NCBI GenBank assembly: GCA_035627515.1
Contig: DASPLQ010000012.1
Location: 1,344,517 to 1,408,516, forward strand
DNA length: 64,000 nucleotides
Direction: 5' to 3'
Source of the DNA: Vitreimonas sp.
Lineage (GTDB): Bacteria > Patescibacteriota > Microgenomatia > UBA1400 > PJMF01
Made by a program: the position numbers and the translations under genes. Of this stretch, positions 17,456 to 27,498 are shown in pieces. The notes beneath the pieces are model-generated. The model had not been told where the DNA came from, did no database searches, and was given only the letters and a program-made list of their open reading frames with translations. Every line of letters begins with the position of its first letter. Within the stretch, counting starts at the first letter, position 1.

Positions 17456-17569
17456 GTTTGTGCTGAAAAATAATTCGCTTCGGTTGCGAGTACGCAAATC
17501 TCAGCTCATTATTTTTCTTCACTCACATTATTTCTCACTCACTTAGTTACTCGCTCAATCAATTACTTC
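17456..17569. repeat. Right copy of the ~115-bp inverted repeat (partner 305-422), directly upstream, in gene orientation, of tRNA-Leu(TAG)
   Basis: See the left copy; the 48-bp core is identical. Confidence 0.85.
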
Positions 17570-17616
17570 CAGTATTTTACCTTATTTAACCCATAAATGT
17601 GATAGTATGAAGGACG

Positions 17617-18294
17617 ATGTTTGAGTATATTCATAAAACTAACCCTCGTTCCCGTTCTTTTCGGATTACAGTAGCTCCTAATGGTGATGTAATTGTCAGT
17701 ACTCCTAGGTGGTATATGCCAGGATCGTTGCAACAGTTTTTAGAACATAGTGCTGGCTGGGTAGAGAGAACTAAAGCTAAAATGATGAGCCGAAAAACGC
17801 ACGCTTCAAATAATCAAAGCGTGAATATTTTTGGCAAAGCCTATGAAAAAAAGGTTGAATATTCAGCCCGCCACCGGGTTGGAATTCGCATTGAGGGTAA
17901 ATCACTCATTCTCAATCCAACCTCACCACAATTAACTACTTGGAATGCGGCTGCTGAAAAACAACTCAATACTTTCTTAAAAGCCACTGCTGAAAAATAC
18001 ATTATTCCCCGCACCCATCAATTGGGTGAGAAAATGGCTACCACTTTCCGGCACATTACACTGCGAGAACAAAAAAGTCGCTGGGGCAGTTGTAGCAGTA
18101 CTGGGAATCTCAATTTTAATTGGCGACTTGTCCATTATGAGCCACCCATTATTGATTACGTAATCATTCACGAATTGGCTCACCGCACACATATGAACCA
18201 CTCAGCTGCTTTTTGGAATTTAGTCGCAAAATATGACCCCGCTCATTTACAACACCGGGGGTGGTTGAAACGCAATGGGATGAGTCTGGGGTAA
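17617..18294 (+). CDS. YgjP/DUF45-family metal-dependent hydrolase (WLM/SprT-like zincin)
   Basis: C-terminal HELAHRTHMNHSAAFW motif characteristic of DUF45. Confidence 0.65.
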   Translation: MFEYIHKTNPRSRSFRITVAPNGDVIVSTPRWYMPGSLQQFLEHSAGWVERTKAKMMSRKTHASNNQSVNIFGKAYEKKVEYSARHRVGIRIEGKSLILNPTSPQLTTWNAAAEKQLNTFLKATAEKYIIPRTHQLGEKMATTFRHITLREQKSRWGSCSSTGNLNFNWRLVHYEPPIIDYVIIHELAHRTHMNHSAAFWNLVAKYDPAHLQHRGWLKRNGMSLG

Positions 18295-18361
18295 AAACTC
18301 AAAATTGACATCAGCTTCTTTCAGTACTAGATTGCAGATACTACTTAAAAGAAAGGAAACT

Positions 18362-18841
18362 ATGTCCAAAGAACCTTTAAAGCAATATCGAACTTGGGAA
18401 GAAACACCAAAAGCTCAATGGGTAAAAAAGCAAGCACATAGATTAAATCTCTTAAGTCAAAGTTCTGAGCCACTAGGGTGGGACGATCAAGCTGATTTTG
18501 ATTTTATTAATTGGTATAAGTCAGAAGGCTTTAATTTAAGTGAAGATAAAATTCAAGCTAAGCGAGATGAGTTTCGTAGACGAGACTGTCCCTACAAAAA
18601 CTGGGAAGAAACTTCCCAAGCTATGATGGTCAAAGCAATTGAAAACAATGTTAATGTAACACTAATTAATAATCCAGGAAAAGAGCTGCATTGGCAGCTT
18701 GCGGCTCGTCAGGTTTGGATTGAGTGGTACAAATCAGTGGGTTATATTTACTCAAAACCCTTCGGCAATAATGATGACGTTTATGAAGAGGTAGAAATTA
18801 TTGAACGTAGGTTTAAACCTGAGGAAGAGGAAAGCGAATAG
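18362..18841 (+). CDS. Hypothetical protein
   Basis: ATG at 18362 with SD aaaggaa. Trp-rich repeats (WEETPKAQWVKK / WEETSQAMMVK). Confidence 0.45.
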   Translation: MSKEPLKQYRTWEETPKAQWVKKQAHRLNLLSQSSEPLGWDDQADFDFINWYKSEGFNLSEDKIQAKRDEFRRRDCPYKNWEETSQAMMVKAIENNVNVTLINNPGKELHWQLAARQVWIEWYKSVGYIYSKPFGNNDDVYEEVEIIERRFKPEEEESE

Positions 18842-18860
18842 AAGCTTCCAGCTATAGTAA

Positions 18861-18896
18861 AAAGGAGGCTTATAGCCTCCTTTTTATTTATTTTTT
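18861..18896. terminator. Bidirectional intrinsic terminator between convergent genes
   Basis: aaggaggct tat agcctcctt followed by tttttatttattttttt. Confidence 0.65.
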
Positions 18897-18909
18897 TAAT
18901 GAGAATGAA

Positions 18910-19491
18910 TTATTTAACTTTACTAATCACCCCCGTCACCAATCCACCTTGGACAATGTTGAGAATAAACGCTAAACCAACGGCGACCATCCACGAACTA
19001 ATACCCATCCCCAAGACCTCAGCAAACCGAGCGACAACCCACACCGCCCCAATGTTTAAGAAGAAATAAAGTAACATCCAGTGCATGTCTTGTAATTTGT
19101 AACGCATTTGTTCAGCAATCAACTCAATTACTGGCACAGCGCCAACAATCATAAAGGTCAGCACTACTTGGCTATACAACAAAGCTTCAAATAACGAAAA
19201 GCGGTGCGTGCCTAAAACTACATTGCCAGGAAATACTAAGTGAGATAAGTAGATCACCATCATATTTGCTACCAGTAACACGGCGAACATTGCCCCCAGT
19301 TGAACGATACTCATACGTTGGCTACTACTCACAGAGCGAACGGAAGATTGGGTGGCAGATTGCTGCAAAGCACTGGCTAAAGAACTAGTATTGCCTCGAG
19401 CAGCCATCACTGTCCGTTGCAGTTTTTGAGTCCGAGCCGCACTTTTGTGTGAGCGATCTTTTTTATGTTTCCGGGGTTTTTGTTTTGGCAT
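18910..19491 (-). CDS. Hypothetical membrane protein with basic N-terminus (4 predicted TM helices)
   Basis: MPKQKPRKHKKDRSHK... followed by hydrophobic helices. Confidence 0.45.
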   Translation of the reverse strand: MPKQKPRKHKKDRSHKSAARTQKLQRTVMAARGNTSSLASALQQSATQSSVRSVSSSQRMSIVQLGAMFAVLLVANMMVIYLSHLVFPGNVVLGTHRFSLFEALLYSQVVLTFMIVGAVPVIELIAEQMRYKLQDMHWMLLYFFLNIGAVWVVARFAEVLGMGISSWMVAVGLAFILNIVQGGLVTGVISKVK

Positions 19492-19592
19492 ATCAGCCTT
19501 TATAAATCAGGTTAACTTATAATTACGTCTAAGACTACCATGCTAGTTCCAGGCTTTCAAGAGAGTAGACTCTGGTATGATAATCACTACTT

Positions 19593-20288
19593 ATGACGAT
19601 CGTCATTCACGGTGAACACACCGCCCATTCCCGCCAAAAGTTAAGTACTGTCATTAACCAACACCAGACTCAACACATAAAGATGGTCCGGCTGGAAGCT
19701 AAAAGAATAACCGAAGCTGATTTGGAAATGGCCCTAGGTTCAGAGTCATTATTTAATGAACCTAAAGTGGTGGTGATAGAGGAGTTGCATTCATTACCAA
19801 AGTCCAAGCGTAAAGACACTTTAATTGATCAATTGAGTCAACACGCACTCGATACCGATCTGACGCTGATTATTTGGGAAAAGCGGACTTTAACCGCCAC
19901 CATGCTCAAGAAATTTCCCAAAGCTGAAGTCTTTGAGTTTAAGTTAAGTAGTACTTTATTTAAATGGTTAGAGTCACTGTCATCTGATCAAAAAACTAAA
20001 GCTCAGCAACTGAAGTACTTTCATCAAACATTGGAAACTGAAGATGAATTTATGTGTTTGAGTATGTTGGCCCGACAAATCAGAATGTTAATTCAAACTA
20101 AAGAAGGCGCCACCCTGAGTGGAGCTCCCTTCATGATTGCCAAACTCAAAAAACAAGCTGGAAGTATTTCCCTCGAGCAACTTCTTGCTACTCATGCCCG
20201 CCTCCTGGAGATTGAACTCAAGCACAAAACCTCGTCCACACCCTTGACCCTGCGTCAAGACCTTGATCTTTTGCTGCTGCAACTGTAG
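19593..20288 (+). CDS. Possible DNA polymerase III delta subunit (HolA-like), short form
   Basis: Weak similarity to the HolA N-domain pattern (SLFNEPKVVVIEEL...) and a Leu-rich C-terminus. TATGATAAT 9 nt upstream. Confidence 0.35.
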   Translation: MTIVIHGEHTAHSRQKLSTVINQHQTQHIKMVRLEAKRITEADLEMALGSESLFNEPKVVVIEELHSLPKSKRKDTLIDQLSQHALDTDLTLIIWEKRTLTATMLKKFPKAEVFEFKLSSTLFKWLESLSSDQKTKAQQLKYFHQTLETEDEFMCLSMLARQIRMLIQTKEGATLSGAPFMIAKLKKQAGSISLEQLLATHARLLEIELKHKTSSTPLTLRQDLDLLLLQL

Positions 20289-20333
20289 GATGCCTTCATC
20301 AACACCAACCTATTGCTCACAAAAAGGAGTTTT

Positions 20334-21689
20334 ATGCAGGTTGATCCCTCAATTTTTAAAGCCTACGACATTCGTGGCATCTTCGGACAACAACTTTTTG
20401 AAGACACCGCTGAAGCCGTTGGCAAAGCCTTTGCCAAAATTTTGCAACCCACCACGGTGATTGTGGGCCGCGATGGTCGCATCTCTAGCCCAGTGCTCCG
20501 CGATCGCTTAGTCAAAGGTTTGACTGAGGTCGGCGTCAATGTGATTGACGTAGGGATGGTCTCAACTGATATGTACTATTATGCATGTGCCACCAAAAAA
20601 TTGCCTGGCATCATGGTCACCGCTAGTCACAACCCCAAAGAATACAATGGTTTCAAAATGGTCCGCCAAATTCCTTACTTACTTTCTGGAGACGAAGGTA
20701 TCATGGATATGAAGAAAGTCATCGAAGCTGATGATTTTCCGCCCATGGCTACTCAACCTGGCTCTGTAGAAGAGTGGTCCATCATGGATGGCTTTATTGA
20801 AAAAATGCTTAGTTTAGTGGATGTGACCCAGCTGAAGCCAATGAAAGTTTTTGCTGATACTGCCAATGGCATGGTTGGTCCCTCACTAACGGCACTTTTT
20901 AAACATATTCCCCAAATTGAGTTAGTACCAATGTATTTTGAGCCTGATGGAAACTTCCCTAATCATGGTGGTGACCCACTCGATCCGGCTAACCGCGCCG
21001 AACTTGAACAACGTGTCCCAGCAGAGGGGGCCGAGCTCGGTTTTGCGTTTGATCCTGATGGTGATCGCTTTTTCTGTATCGATAAAAAAGGCCGCTTTGT
21101 TTCTGGTGACTTCATGACTGCGTTGTTATCAAAGTACTTTTTACAACGTCAGCCTGGAGCTAATATCGTGTATGACATTCGTGCCTCTCACGCGGTTCCA
21201 GATCTCATTACCGCAGCTGGTGGTAACCCGCTCTATAACCGAGTCGGTCACGCCTACATCAAAAAGCGGATGATGGATGAGAATGCCGTTTTTGGCGGGG
21301 AAGTCACAGGGCATTATTACTTTAGTGATTTTTATTTCTGCGACTCCGGCATTGCCCCCATGCTCTACTTGCTAGACATGTTATCCAAAGGTGCTGAAAC
21401 ACTTGACCAAATGACCGACAAACTTGGCAGTGTGTACTTCATTTCCGGCGAGATCAACACCAAGGGCGTAGAAAGCAAAGCCGTGTTAGAAAAAATTGAA
21501 GCTCAGTATGGTCCTAGTGCCAAAGAAATCATTAAAGTGGATGGTATTACGCTCGTCTATGAAGACTGGCACTTTAACGTCCGTGCTTCTAACACTGAAC
21601 CATTAGTTCGCTTGAATCTTGAGGCTAACTCTCAAGCTTTGATGGAACAAAAGCGAGATGAAGTGTTAGCGGTGATTCGTGGCCAATAA
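20334..21689 (+). CDS. Phosphomannomutase/phosphoglucomutase (alpha-D-phosphohexomutase family)
   Basis: Active-site TASHNPKEYNGFK. Mg loop DPDGDR. ATG at 20334 has SD aaaggag. Confidence 0.85.
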   Translation: MQVDPSIFKAYDIRGIFGQQLFEDTAEAVGKAFAKILQPTTVIVGRDGRISSPVLRDRLVKGLTEVGVNVIDVGMVSTDMYYYACATKKLPGIMVTASHNPKEYNGFKMVRQIPYLLSGDEGIMDMKKVIEADDFPPMATQPGSVEEWSIMDGFIEKMLSLVDVTQLKPMKVFADTANGMVGPSLTALFKHIPQIELVPMYFEPDGNFPNHGGDPLDPANRAELEQRVPAEGAELGFAFDPDGDRFFCIDKKGRFVSGDFMTALLSKYFLQRQPGANIVYDIRASHAVPDLITAAGGNPLYNRVGHAYIKKRMMDENAVFGGEVTGHYYFSDFYFCDSGIAPMLYLLDMLSKGAETLDQMTDKLGSVYFISGEINTKGVESKAVLEKIEAQYGPSAKEIIKVDGITLVYEDWHFNVRASNTEPLVRLNLEANSQALMEQKRDEVLAVIRGQ

Positions 21690-21697
21690 ATAACATC

Positions 21698-22216
21698 ATG
21701 TCGAGTTATATTTCTCAGTGGTACCGTCACTGTCCTCACTGTGGTACTGAGCTTCAGCATCATAGTGAGGGCGCTCGTTGTCAAACCTGTGAATTTGTGG
21801 TTTATGACAATCCGGCGGGAACTGTGACCGTAGTGGTGAAAAACCCACGGGGAGAGATTCTCTTAGCTAAACGCGGTATTGAACCTTTCAAAGGCTGGTG
21901 GGACTTGCCAGGTGGATTCATTAAAGGGGGAGAGACTTTTGAAGAAGCCGCTCACCGTGAGTTGAAAGAAGAAACTAACTTAGAAATTGTGGTCACGAAA
22001 TATCTGGGACAAATGGCCGATGTTTACCAAGGTCGAGATATTATTGCCCTCCTCTATGCTGCCCAAACGCAAGATTTACATTTTACAGCTCAAGATGACG
22101 TGACTGAGCTGGCTTGGTTTAAACTGAGTGAGTTACCTCCTCAAATTGCTTTTAAAAACTGTCAACTGGCCATTGATCTTTATCGTCAGGCTCAGGAGGA
22201 TTCAAATGTCAAATGA
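21698..22216 (+). CDS. NUDIX hydrolase with N-terminal zinc ribbon
   Basis: CPHCG...CQTCEF zinc ribbon plus Nudix box (GGFIKGGETFEEAAHRELKEETNL). Confidence 0.7.
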   Translation: MSSYISQWYRHCPHCGTELQHHSEGARCQTCEFVVYDNPAGTVTVVVKNPRGEILLAKRGIEPFKGWWDLPGGFIKGGETFEEAAHRELKEETNLEIVVTKYLGQMADVYQGRDIIALLYAAQTQDLHFTAQDDVTELAWFKLSELPPQIAFKNCQLAIDLYRQAQEDSNVK

Positions 22217-23114
22217 CGCTGTTCAGATCACCTTTGACTGGGATAACTCAGTTTGGTTTTTTGATGTTGATGACACCCTCATTAACACCGCAGATTTAAT
22301 TAAACCAGCAGCAGAGGGCATGCTGCCGTTACTGACACACAGTTTAGGACCGGAAAAAGCTACTGCACTCAAACAACGCTTTATTGAAATTTTTGATTTA
22401 CTCTTGATTGGTCACCGGATGAAAACTGGGGAAACGTGGTCAAGCTCCCAATTAGAAACCGCGCATCAGCAACTGGTGGAAAATATTAAGTCGCATCAGG
22501 AAGTTTTACTTTCTGAAGGCATATTTAAAAAATGGAGCAGGCAAGTTTGGCTCAAGCAAGCAGCTGTAGATTTGGGCATTGAGCTTGATCCGGAGTTGAA
22601 CCTGTTAGCTGTCCAAGCTTATTGGGATGAGTTAGCACGCCAAACGCAATTATTAACAGGTGTTCCTGAGCTCTTCACTGAATTAAAGCACCGTGGTTAC
22701 CCGGTGTTTCTAGTCACTGGGAGTGATGCCCACTTACATTTTAATGACAACCTTCAGTTTATATATGATCCAGTCCGGTCAGAACACATTAAGCAACAAC
22801 GCGTGTTGCCATTGCGAGAACTTGGCCTCGACTTTCATGATTTAGTCATTGGTGATCCTATTGATAAGCCCCACCGGGGGTTTTTCGAGAAAGCCGTGGA
22901 AGTTGCTAAAGATCATTTGCATCCTAACTTAGATCCTCAGCACTTTGTGATTGTCGGTGATTCTTATGGCAGTGACCTTCACGTTCCTCGGACTGAACTT
23001 GACTTTGGTTTAGTAGTGGAGATAGTGCCTGGTCAACAAAACCTGACAATGATAGACTCACAACACCTAGCCACAGGAAACTTGGCTACCTTGATCAATT
23101 TACTACCAAGATAA
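22206..23114 (+). CDS. HAD-superfamily hydrolase
   Basis: FFDVDDTL motif I, VTGSD motif, GDSYGSD motif IV-like. Start taken at the ATG (22206) that removes the overlap. Confidence 0.55.
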   Translation: MSNDAVQITFDWDNSVWFFDVDDTLINTADLIKPAAEGMLPLLTHSLGPEKATALKQRFIEIFDLLLIGHRMKTGETWSSSQLETAHQQLVENIKSHQEVLLSEGIFKKWSRQVWLKQAAVDLGIELDPELNLLAVQAYWDELARQTQLLTGVPELFTELKHRGYPVFLVTGSDAHLHFNDNLQFIYDPVRSEHIKQQRVLPLRELGLDFHDLVIGDPIDKPHRGFFEKAVEVAKDHLHPNLDPQHFVIVGDSYGSDLHVPRTELDFGLVVEIVPGQQNLTMIDSQHLATGNLATLINLLPR

Positions 23115-23124
23115 GGCACTTATC

Positions 23125-24069
23125 ATGTCACAAGATCTAGATATTTTGTACCTCGGCACTACCTACTTAGATATTAATACTCACCATTTTCCAGTAGAGG
23201 AAAGCTTGGTTTTAGAAACCGAGACGGTGGGCGGGGAGTATGTGGCAGAGCTTGGCGGCTCTTCACTCAATAGTGCTCGCTTAGCAGCTGCTCTAGAGCT
23301 AAAACCACTCTTCATCGGCAAAGTAGGCAATGACGTTTTTGGCCAGCAAGTGCAATTGTTGATGAAGCAGGCTGGAGTTGAGTCGGGCCTGATAGTATCA
23401 CCATACCACCAAACTAATTTGGGAATTAATTATAGTAACTCGGAGGGGAAAACGGTGATGACCGTGGTGGGCACGGCTAACCAGTCCTTACAAGCCGAAG
23501 AAATTATGGCTCAAATCAGCCAGCATTTACCTCGAGTTAAGTACTTGTACCTGAGCGGTTACTTTAAGTTGGCAGCCCTCAGAGATGCTTATCCAGAGTT
23601 AATTAAACAAGCACACCAAGCTGGAGTGAAAGTGGTAGTTGATCATGGCCGGCCAAATAATCGCACTAGTTCGAGTGAGTTGGAAAACTTACGCACCATT
23701 TTAGCTACCGTAGACCTTTATCTTCCTAGCCATGATGAGTTTTTAACTGTTTGGGAAACTGAGTCCTTAGAACTCGGGCTCGAAAAAGTGAAAGCTGTAA
23801 TCAACGGCAAAGTAGCCGTGAAACTGGGCAGCAAAGGGGCCATTGGTTTTGACGAAACCAAAGACAATGTGCAGGCTGATGCTTTTGCTGTAGAAATCTT
23901 TCACACAGTGGGAGCAGGCGATAGCTTTAACACTGGTTTTATTAAAGGCCTAACGCTCAAGTATTCTTTTGCTCAAGCCCTGCGCTTGGGATGCGCCACC
24001 GCAGCTTTAAAAATTTCCCAACCTCACCTACCAAATTTAGCTCAAGTAGATGAACTTTATCAAAGTTGA
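23125..24069 (+). CDS. PfkB-family carbohydrate kinase (ribokinase-like)
   Basis: C-terminal GAGDSFNTGF anion-hole motif. Confidence 0.75.
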   Translation: MSQDLDILYLGTTYLDINTHHFPVEESLVLETETVGGEYVAELGGSSLNSARLAAALELKPLFIGKVGNDVFGQQVQLLMKQAGVESGLIVSPYHQTNLGINYSNSEGKTVMTVVGTANQSLQAEEIMAQISQHLPRVKYLYLSGYFKLAALRDAYPELIKQAHQAGVKVVVDHGRPNNRTSSSELENLRTILATVDLYLPSHDEFLTVWETESLELGLEKVKAVINGKVAVKLGSKGAIGFDETKDNVQADAFAVEIFHTVGAGDSFNTGFIKGLTLKYSFAQALRLGCATAALKISQPHLPNLAQVDELYQS

Positions 24070-24923
24070 TTAAGGTGACTGAGAATCTCTTTTTGATAAG
24101 CCTCATTCACAAATAGTCCTTCAGCCAACCTACCCTTACTAGGCCACACGAGCGGCTGACCCTGCCAATCACTGATTACCCCACCTTGTGCATTGCCAAT
24201 AATCGCAGCCAAAAAAATGTCCCGAATTTGCGGAGTGTGAGTAATATAGCCAGCGGCTTCACCATTCATGACTTTAAAAATGGCATCAAAAAAACAGCCA
24301 TTATCTTTCATTTCTTCTACTACTTCGTAACCATTTTCAGATAGGCCACTGGTAACTTCTGGCGTTACGCGCCGATTTTTATAGACCACTTTTTTAGCTT
24401 TTTCAGGAAGAGTGATCAACTGGCGAGTAGCAAAACCGTGGGCATCAAACCCCTTACACAAATATGAGTGACCATCAGGAGCCCAAACAAAGGCTTGATC
24501 CCTGCTCGCTAAATAAACAATCGCAGCAGCAATTTGACCTGCTTTCATCACGCCAAGTGTGACTGAGTATGCGTCTTTGCCTTCTACATACTCAAGGGTA
24601 CCATCGATGGGATCTACCACTAGTGAGTATGCTTGGTCGGCACTGCTAAATAACTGGGCGCGCGGTGTTTTTTCTTCGGCATCTAATAAAGTGATCGCCG
24701 GATCTAAAACTTCACTCATCGTCAGCAACATCACCTCTTGCACCACTTCATCGACGACCGTTTTAGCCTCCACCATCGCTCTCACTCGGTCTGAAGCTTG
24801 GGCGTCTATTTCCATGACCTTGCCTTCGTTCTGGACTTTACCTTGTACGTTTTTGGCTATGACTCCACCTTGGCGAACTGCTCTACACATGTGGTCGAAG
24901 ATGAGGGAAATATCTGGAGTCAT
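24060..24923 (-). CDS. Inositol monophosphatase / FBPase-family phosphatase
   Basis: VVDPIDGT metal-binding motif. Confidence 0.7.
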   Translation of the reverse strand: MTPDISLIFDHMCRAVRQGGVIAKNVQGKVQNEGKVMEIDAQASDRVRAMVEAKTVVDEVVQEVMLLTMSEVLDPAITLLDAEEKTPRAQLFSSADQAYSLVVDPIDGTLEYVEGKDAYSVTLGVMKAGQIAAAIVYLASRDQAFVWAPDGHSYLCKGFDAHGFATRQLITLPEKAKKVVYKNRRVTPEVTSGLSENGYEVVEEMKDNGCFFDAIFKVMNGEAAGYITHTPQIRDIFLAAIIGNAQGGVISDWQGQPLVWPSKGRLAEGLFVNEAYQKEILSHLNQL

Positions 24924-24932
24924 AGCCTGATT

Positions 24933-25463
24933 CTAACGCAGAACTTGATATTTAGTTAGTAGGGTTCCTTGAGCGTTGAGTTGCCTGGCTGATAGTAATT
25001 TAAGGTGGGTTGACCGGGGCAAAACACCTTCGAATAAAGGCCTGCCACTTCCAAAGGCTCGTGGTTCAACGGTCAGAAAAATTTCGTCAATCAATCCGGC
25101 AGCTAAAAATGAGCCCGCCAGCTGAGCTCCACCCACAAGTAACATCTGAGCGTAGCCTGCTTGAGCATACTTTTTTGTGAGCTCTGCCGGTTGAGCATTA
25201 GTAAAGGACAATTGGCCTTCCACCTCCTCGTGGACATATTTTTCAGGAGTGCTTGTCACCACTACTCGCTGCTTGCCAGGCTGAAGTCGGATCATAGACC
25301 GTGAACTTTGATACGTCTCGCGACCCATCACAATTAAGGTGTGTTCATTTATCTGCTCGAAAAAAAATTTCTGATCTTCAGCTGAAGCCCAGTGATAGGC
25401 GGGTTCAAGACCACGAGTGGTACAACCATCAACACTGCTAACTAAGATGAGGGTAACTTTCAT
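24933..25463 (-). CDS. Dihydrofolate reductase-like (RibD C-terminal domain family) reductase
   Basis: MKVTLILVSSVDG...IVMGRETYQS pattern of the RibD_C/DHFR-like fold. Confidence 0.6.
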   Translation of the reverse strand: MKVTLILVSSVDGCTTRGLEPAYHWASAEDQKFFFEQINEHTLIVMGRETYQSSRSMIRLQPGKQRVVVTSTPEKYVHEEVEGQLSFTNAQPAELTKKYAQAGYAQMLLVGGAQLAGSFLAAGLIDEIFLTVEPRAFGSGRPLFEGVLPRSTHLKLLSARQLNAQGTLLTKYQVLR

Positions 25464-26086
25464 TTACTGTTTTTCAGCCATGCCACTCCCAAATACGTGA
25501 AAGGGGTTTCAATAATAGAGAAGGCACACTTCAATAACCAATAGGGGATAATCAGTGAGATTACAAACCAAAAATTTCCCGGCCGGTAAAAAGCTAACAT
25601 CATAAATACAAAGGTGTCAGCAAATTGACCAATAAAGTTGGAAAGATTATTCCGTAACCATAAATGTTTTTTGCCCAGCTTTTCTCTAATTTTGCTGTAT
25701 ACATAGACGTCAAACATTTCACTCAAAAAAAATGCTATCAAACTCGCGATCATAATCCGCATCGATTTGCCAAAGACTTGCAGGTACGCGGGATGACTAG
25801 CCTGAAAACGTGCGGCTGGTGGTAAAACTAACGCTATCATTGTCAAGATCAGCAACACCACCAACATCATCAGCCCCGTTCGTACAAAGTGACGGGCTCG
25901 GGCTTTGCCAGCCACTTCAGCGACGACGTCATTGATCGTAAAAGTGATCGGGAGGGCTAAAATACCCACCGAAGCGCTGACACCCATGATGGTGGTCACT
26001 TTGGACCCCAACAGTTCAGCCGCCATAATCGCGGTAATATATAACGCTAATAAAATATCGAGTTTTTGTTCTAAAGTGTAGTTCAT
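25460..26086 (-). CDS. YhhQ/Vut-family queuosine-precursor transporter (DUF165)
   Basis: Multi-TM protein. N-terminal KLDILLALYITAIMAAELLG is typical of YhhQ. Confidence 0.6.
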   Translation of the reverse strand: MNYTLEQKLDILLALYITAIMAAELLGSKVTTIMGVSASVGILALPITFTINDVVAEVAGKARARHFVRTGLMMLVVLLILTMIALVLPPAARFQASHPAYLQVFGKSMRIMIASLIAFFLSEMFDVYVYSKIREKLGKKHLWLRNNLSNFIGQFADTFVFMMLAFYRPGNFWFVISLIIPYWLLKCAFSIIETPFTYLGVAWLKNSK

Positions 26087-26247
26087 CAGATCCTTACATT
26101 AAGTATTAATACCACTTAATTGAGGATCTAGGAACAGTAGAGGAAAAGACTGGGGTTTGAGCGGCGTTTCAACATAGCCTGAGTTTAAGACCCAAAAAAG
26201 CCCTTGTCAACCGCCCCCAGACCGTTTAAAAATGATACAATTCTGCT

Positions 26248-27495
26248 ATGAAACCAACCGTCTTGATTATTACCGGTGGCGCCAGCTCCCGCTTATTTCC
26301 CATTAACACTCATAATAAAGGTTATTTCTCTTTACTCGGGAAAGCTTTGATCTCTCGTACTATTGAGAATTTTTTAGCCCATGGGTTTGAAGATATTGTG
26401 GTAGTAGTGCCAGCTAGTGATCCAGAAGGCCACCAGCTATCTCAGCTGCTCCAAGATGACGGCATTACTCATCCTATCCAGTTTGTTGTCCAAACTGAAG
26501 CTAAAGGCCAAGCTGATGCTATTCTCTCGGCGCGTGGCCATCTGAAAAGTGGGTTTATTGTCTCTGCCCCGTATCACTTCCAGGGCGGCGAACTCGCAGC
26601 CCAACTCTGGCAACAAAAACAAAGTAGTGGGGCGGCCTGTGTTTATTTAGGTGCGCCCACTGAAACACCTGAACTCTACGGCATCATTTCATACCAGGGT
26701 GATCGCTTTATCAGCGTGGTAGAAAAACCCGCTCGTGAACAAGCACCATCTCACCTGAAAATTGTAGCCCTGTACCTATTTGATCAGACATTCTTAGACA
26801 CCCTAACTGCCACTCCAGAAAATGAGTATGCCCTCGAGGATGCAATCACTACACATGCTCGTGATCATCATGATAGTTGGGTAGAGACTAACACCAAGAC
26901 GTTATCACTCAAGTATCCTTGGCACTTATTTTCTTTTCAATCTCACCTCTTTACTCAATTAAAGTCCTCCCAAGAAGGTACTGCTGCCATTGCTAAAACC
27001 GCTCTCATTGATGATAGCCATGGTCCAGTTGTCACTAGTGCTGGAGCTCGGGTAGGTGACTTTGTGAAGTTAGTTGGCCCTTGCTTTATTGGACCCAACG
27101 CAGTGGTAGGAGATTATAGTTTCGTTCGGGAAAGTAGCATTGAAGCTAACAGTACCATCGGAGCTAATACCGAAGTGGTGAGGAGTATTATTTTGAAAAA
27201 CTCATCGCTTCATTTTGGGTATTTAGCTGACTCAATTATTGGCAACCACGTCAAAATTGGGGCCGGTTTAATCACTGCTAACAAACGACTTGATCGCCGC
27301 GAGTTGCAGGTCACGATCAAAGATAAAAAAGTAAATGTCGGGCGCAACAATCTGGGTATTATTGTCGGCGATAAGGCCAATATTGGCATCAGTGTTAACA
27401 CCATGCCCGGAGTGATGATCGGAGCTGAAGCGATTATTTTCCCCGGCACCACGCTCTATCATAGTGTCGCTAAACAAGCAGTATTCAAAGGTTAG
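26248..27495 (+). CDS. Sugar-phosphate nucleotidyltransferase with C-terminal left-handed beta-helix (GlmU/GCD1-like)
   Basis: N-terminal ITGGASSRLFPI loop. C-terminal hexapeptide repeats. Confidence 0.7.
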   Translation: MKPTVLIITGGASSRLFPINTHNKGYFSLLGKALISRTIENFLAHGFEDIVVVVPASDPEGHQLSQLLQDDGITHPIQFVVQTEAKGQADAILSARGHLKSGFIVSAPYHFQGGELAAQLWQQKQSSGAACVYLGAPTETPELYGIISYQGDRFISVVEKPAREQAPSHLKIVALYLFDQTFLDTLTATPENEYALEDAITTHARDHHDSWVETNTKTLSLKYPWHLFSFQSHLFTQLKSSQEGTAAIAKTALIDDSHGPVVTSAGARVGDFVKLVGPCFIGPNAVVGDYSFVRESSIEANSTIGANTEVVRSIILKNSSLHFGYLADSIIGNHVKIGAGLITANKRLDRRELQVTIKDKKVNVGRNNLGIIVGDKANIGISVNTMPGVMIGAEAIIFPGTTLYHSVAKQAVFKG

Positions 27496-27498
27496 TCC

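Noticed and set aside
17251-17497. ORFs 17251-17466 (+) and 17291-17497 (-)
   Set aside because: They overlap the candidate sRNA, the terminator hairpin and tRNA-Leu(TAG), with no coding signal.
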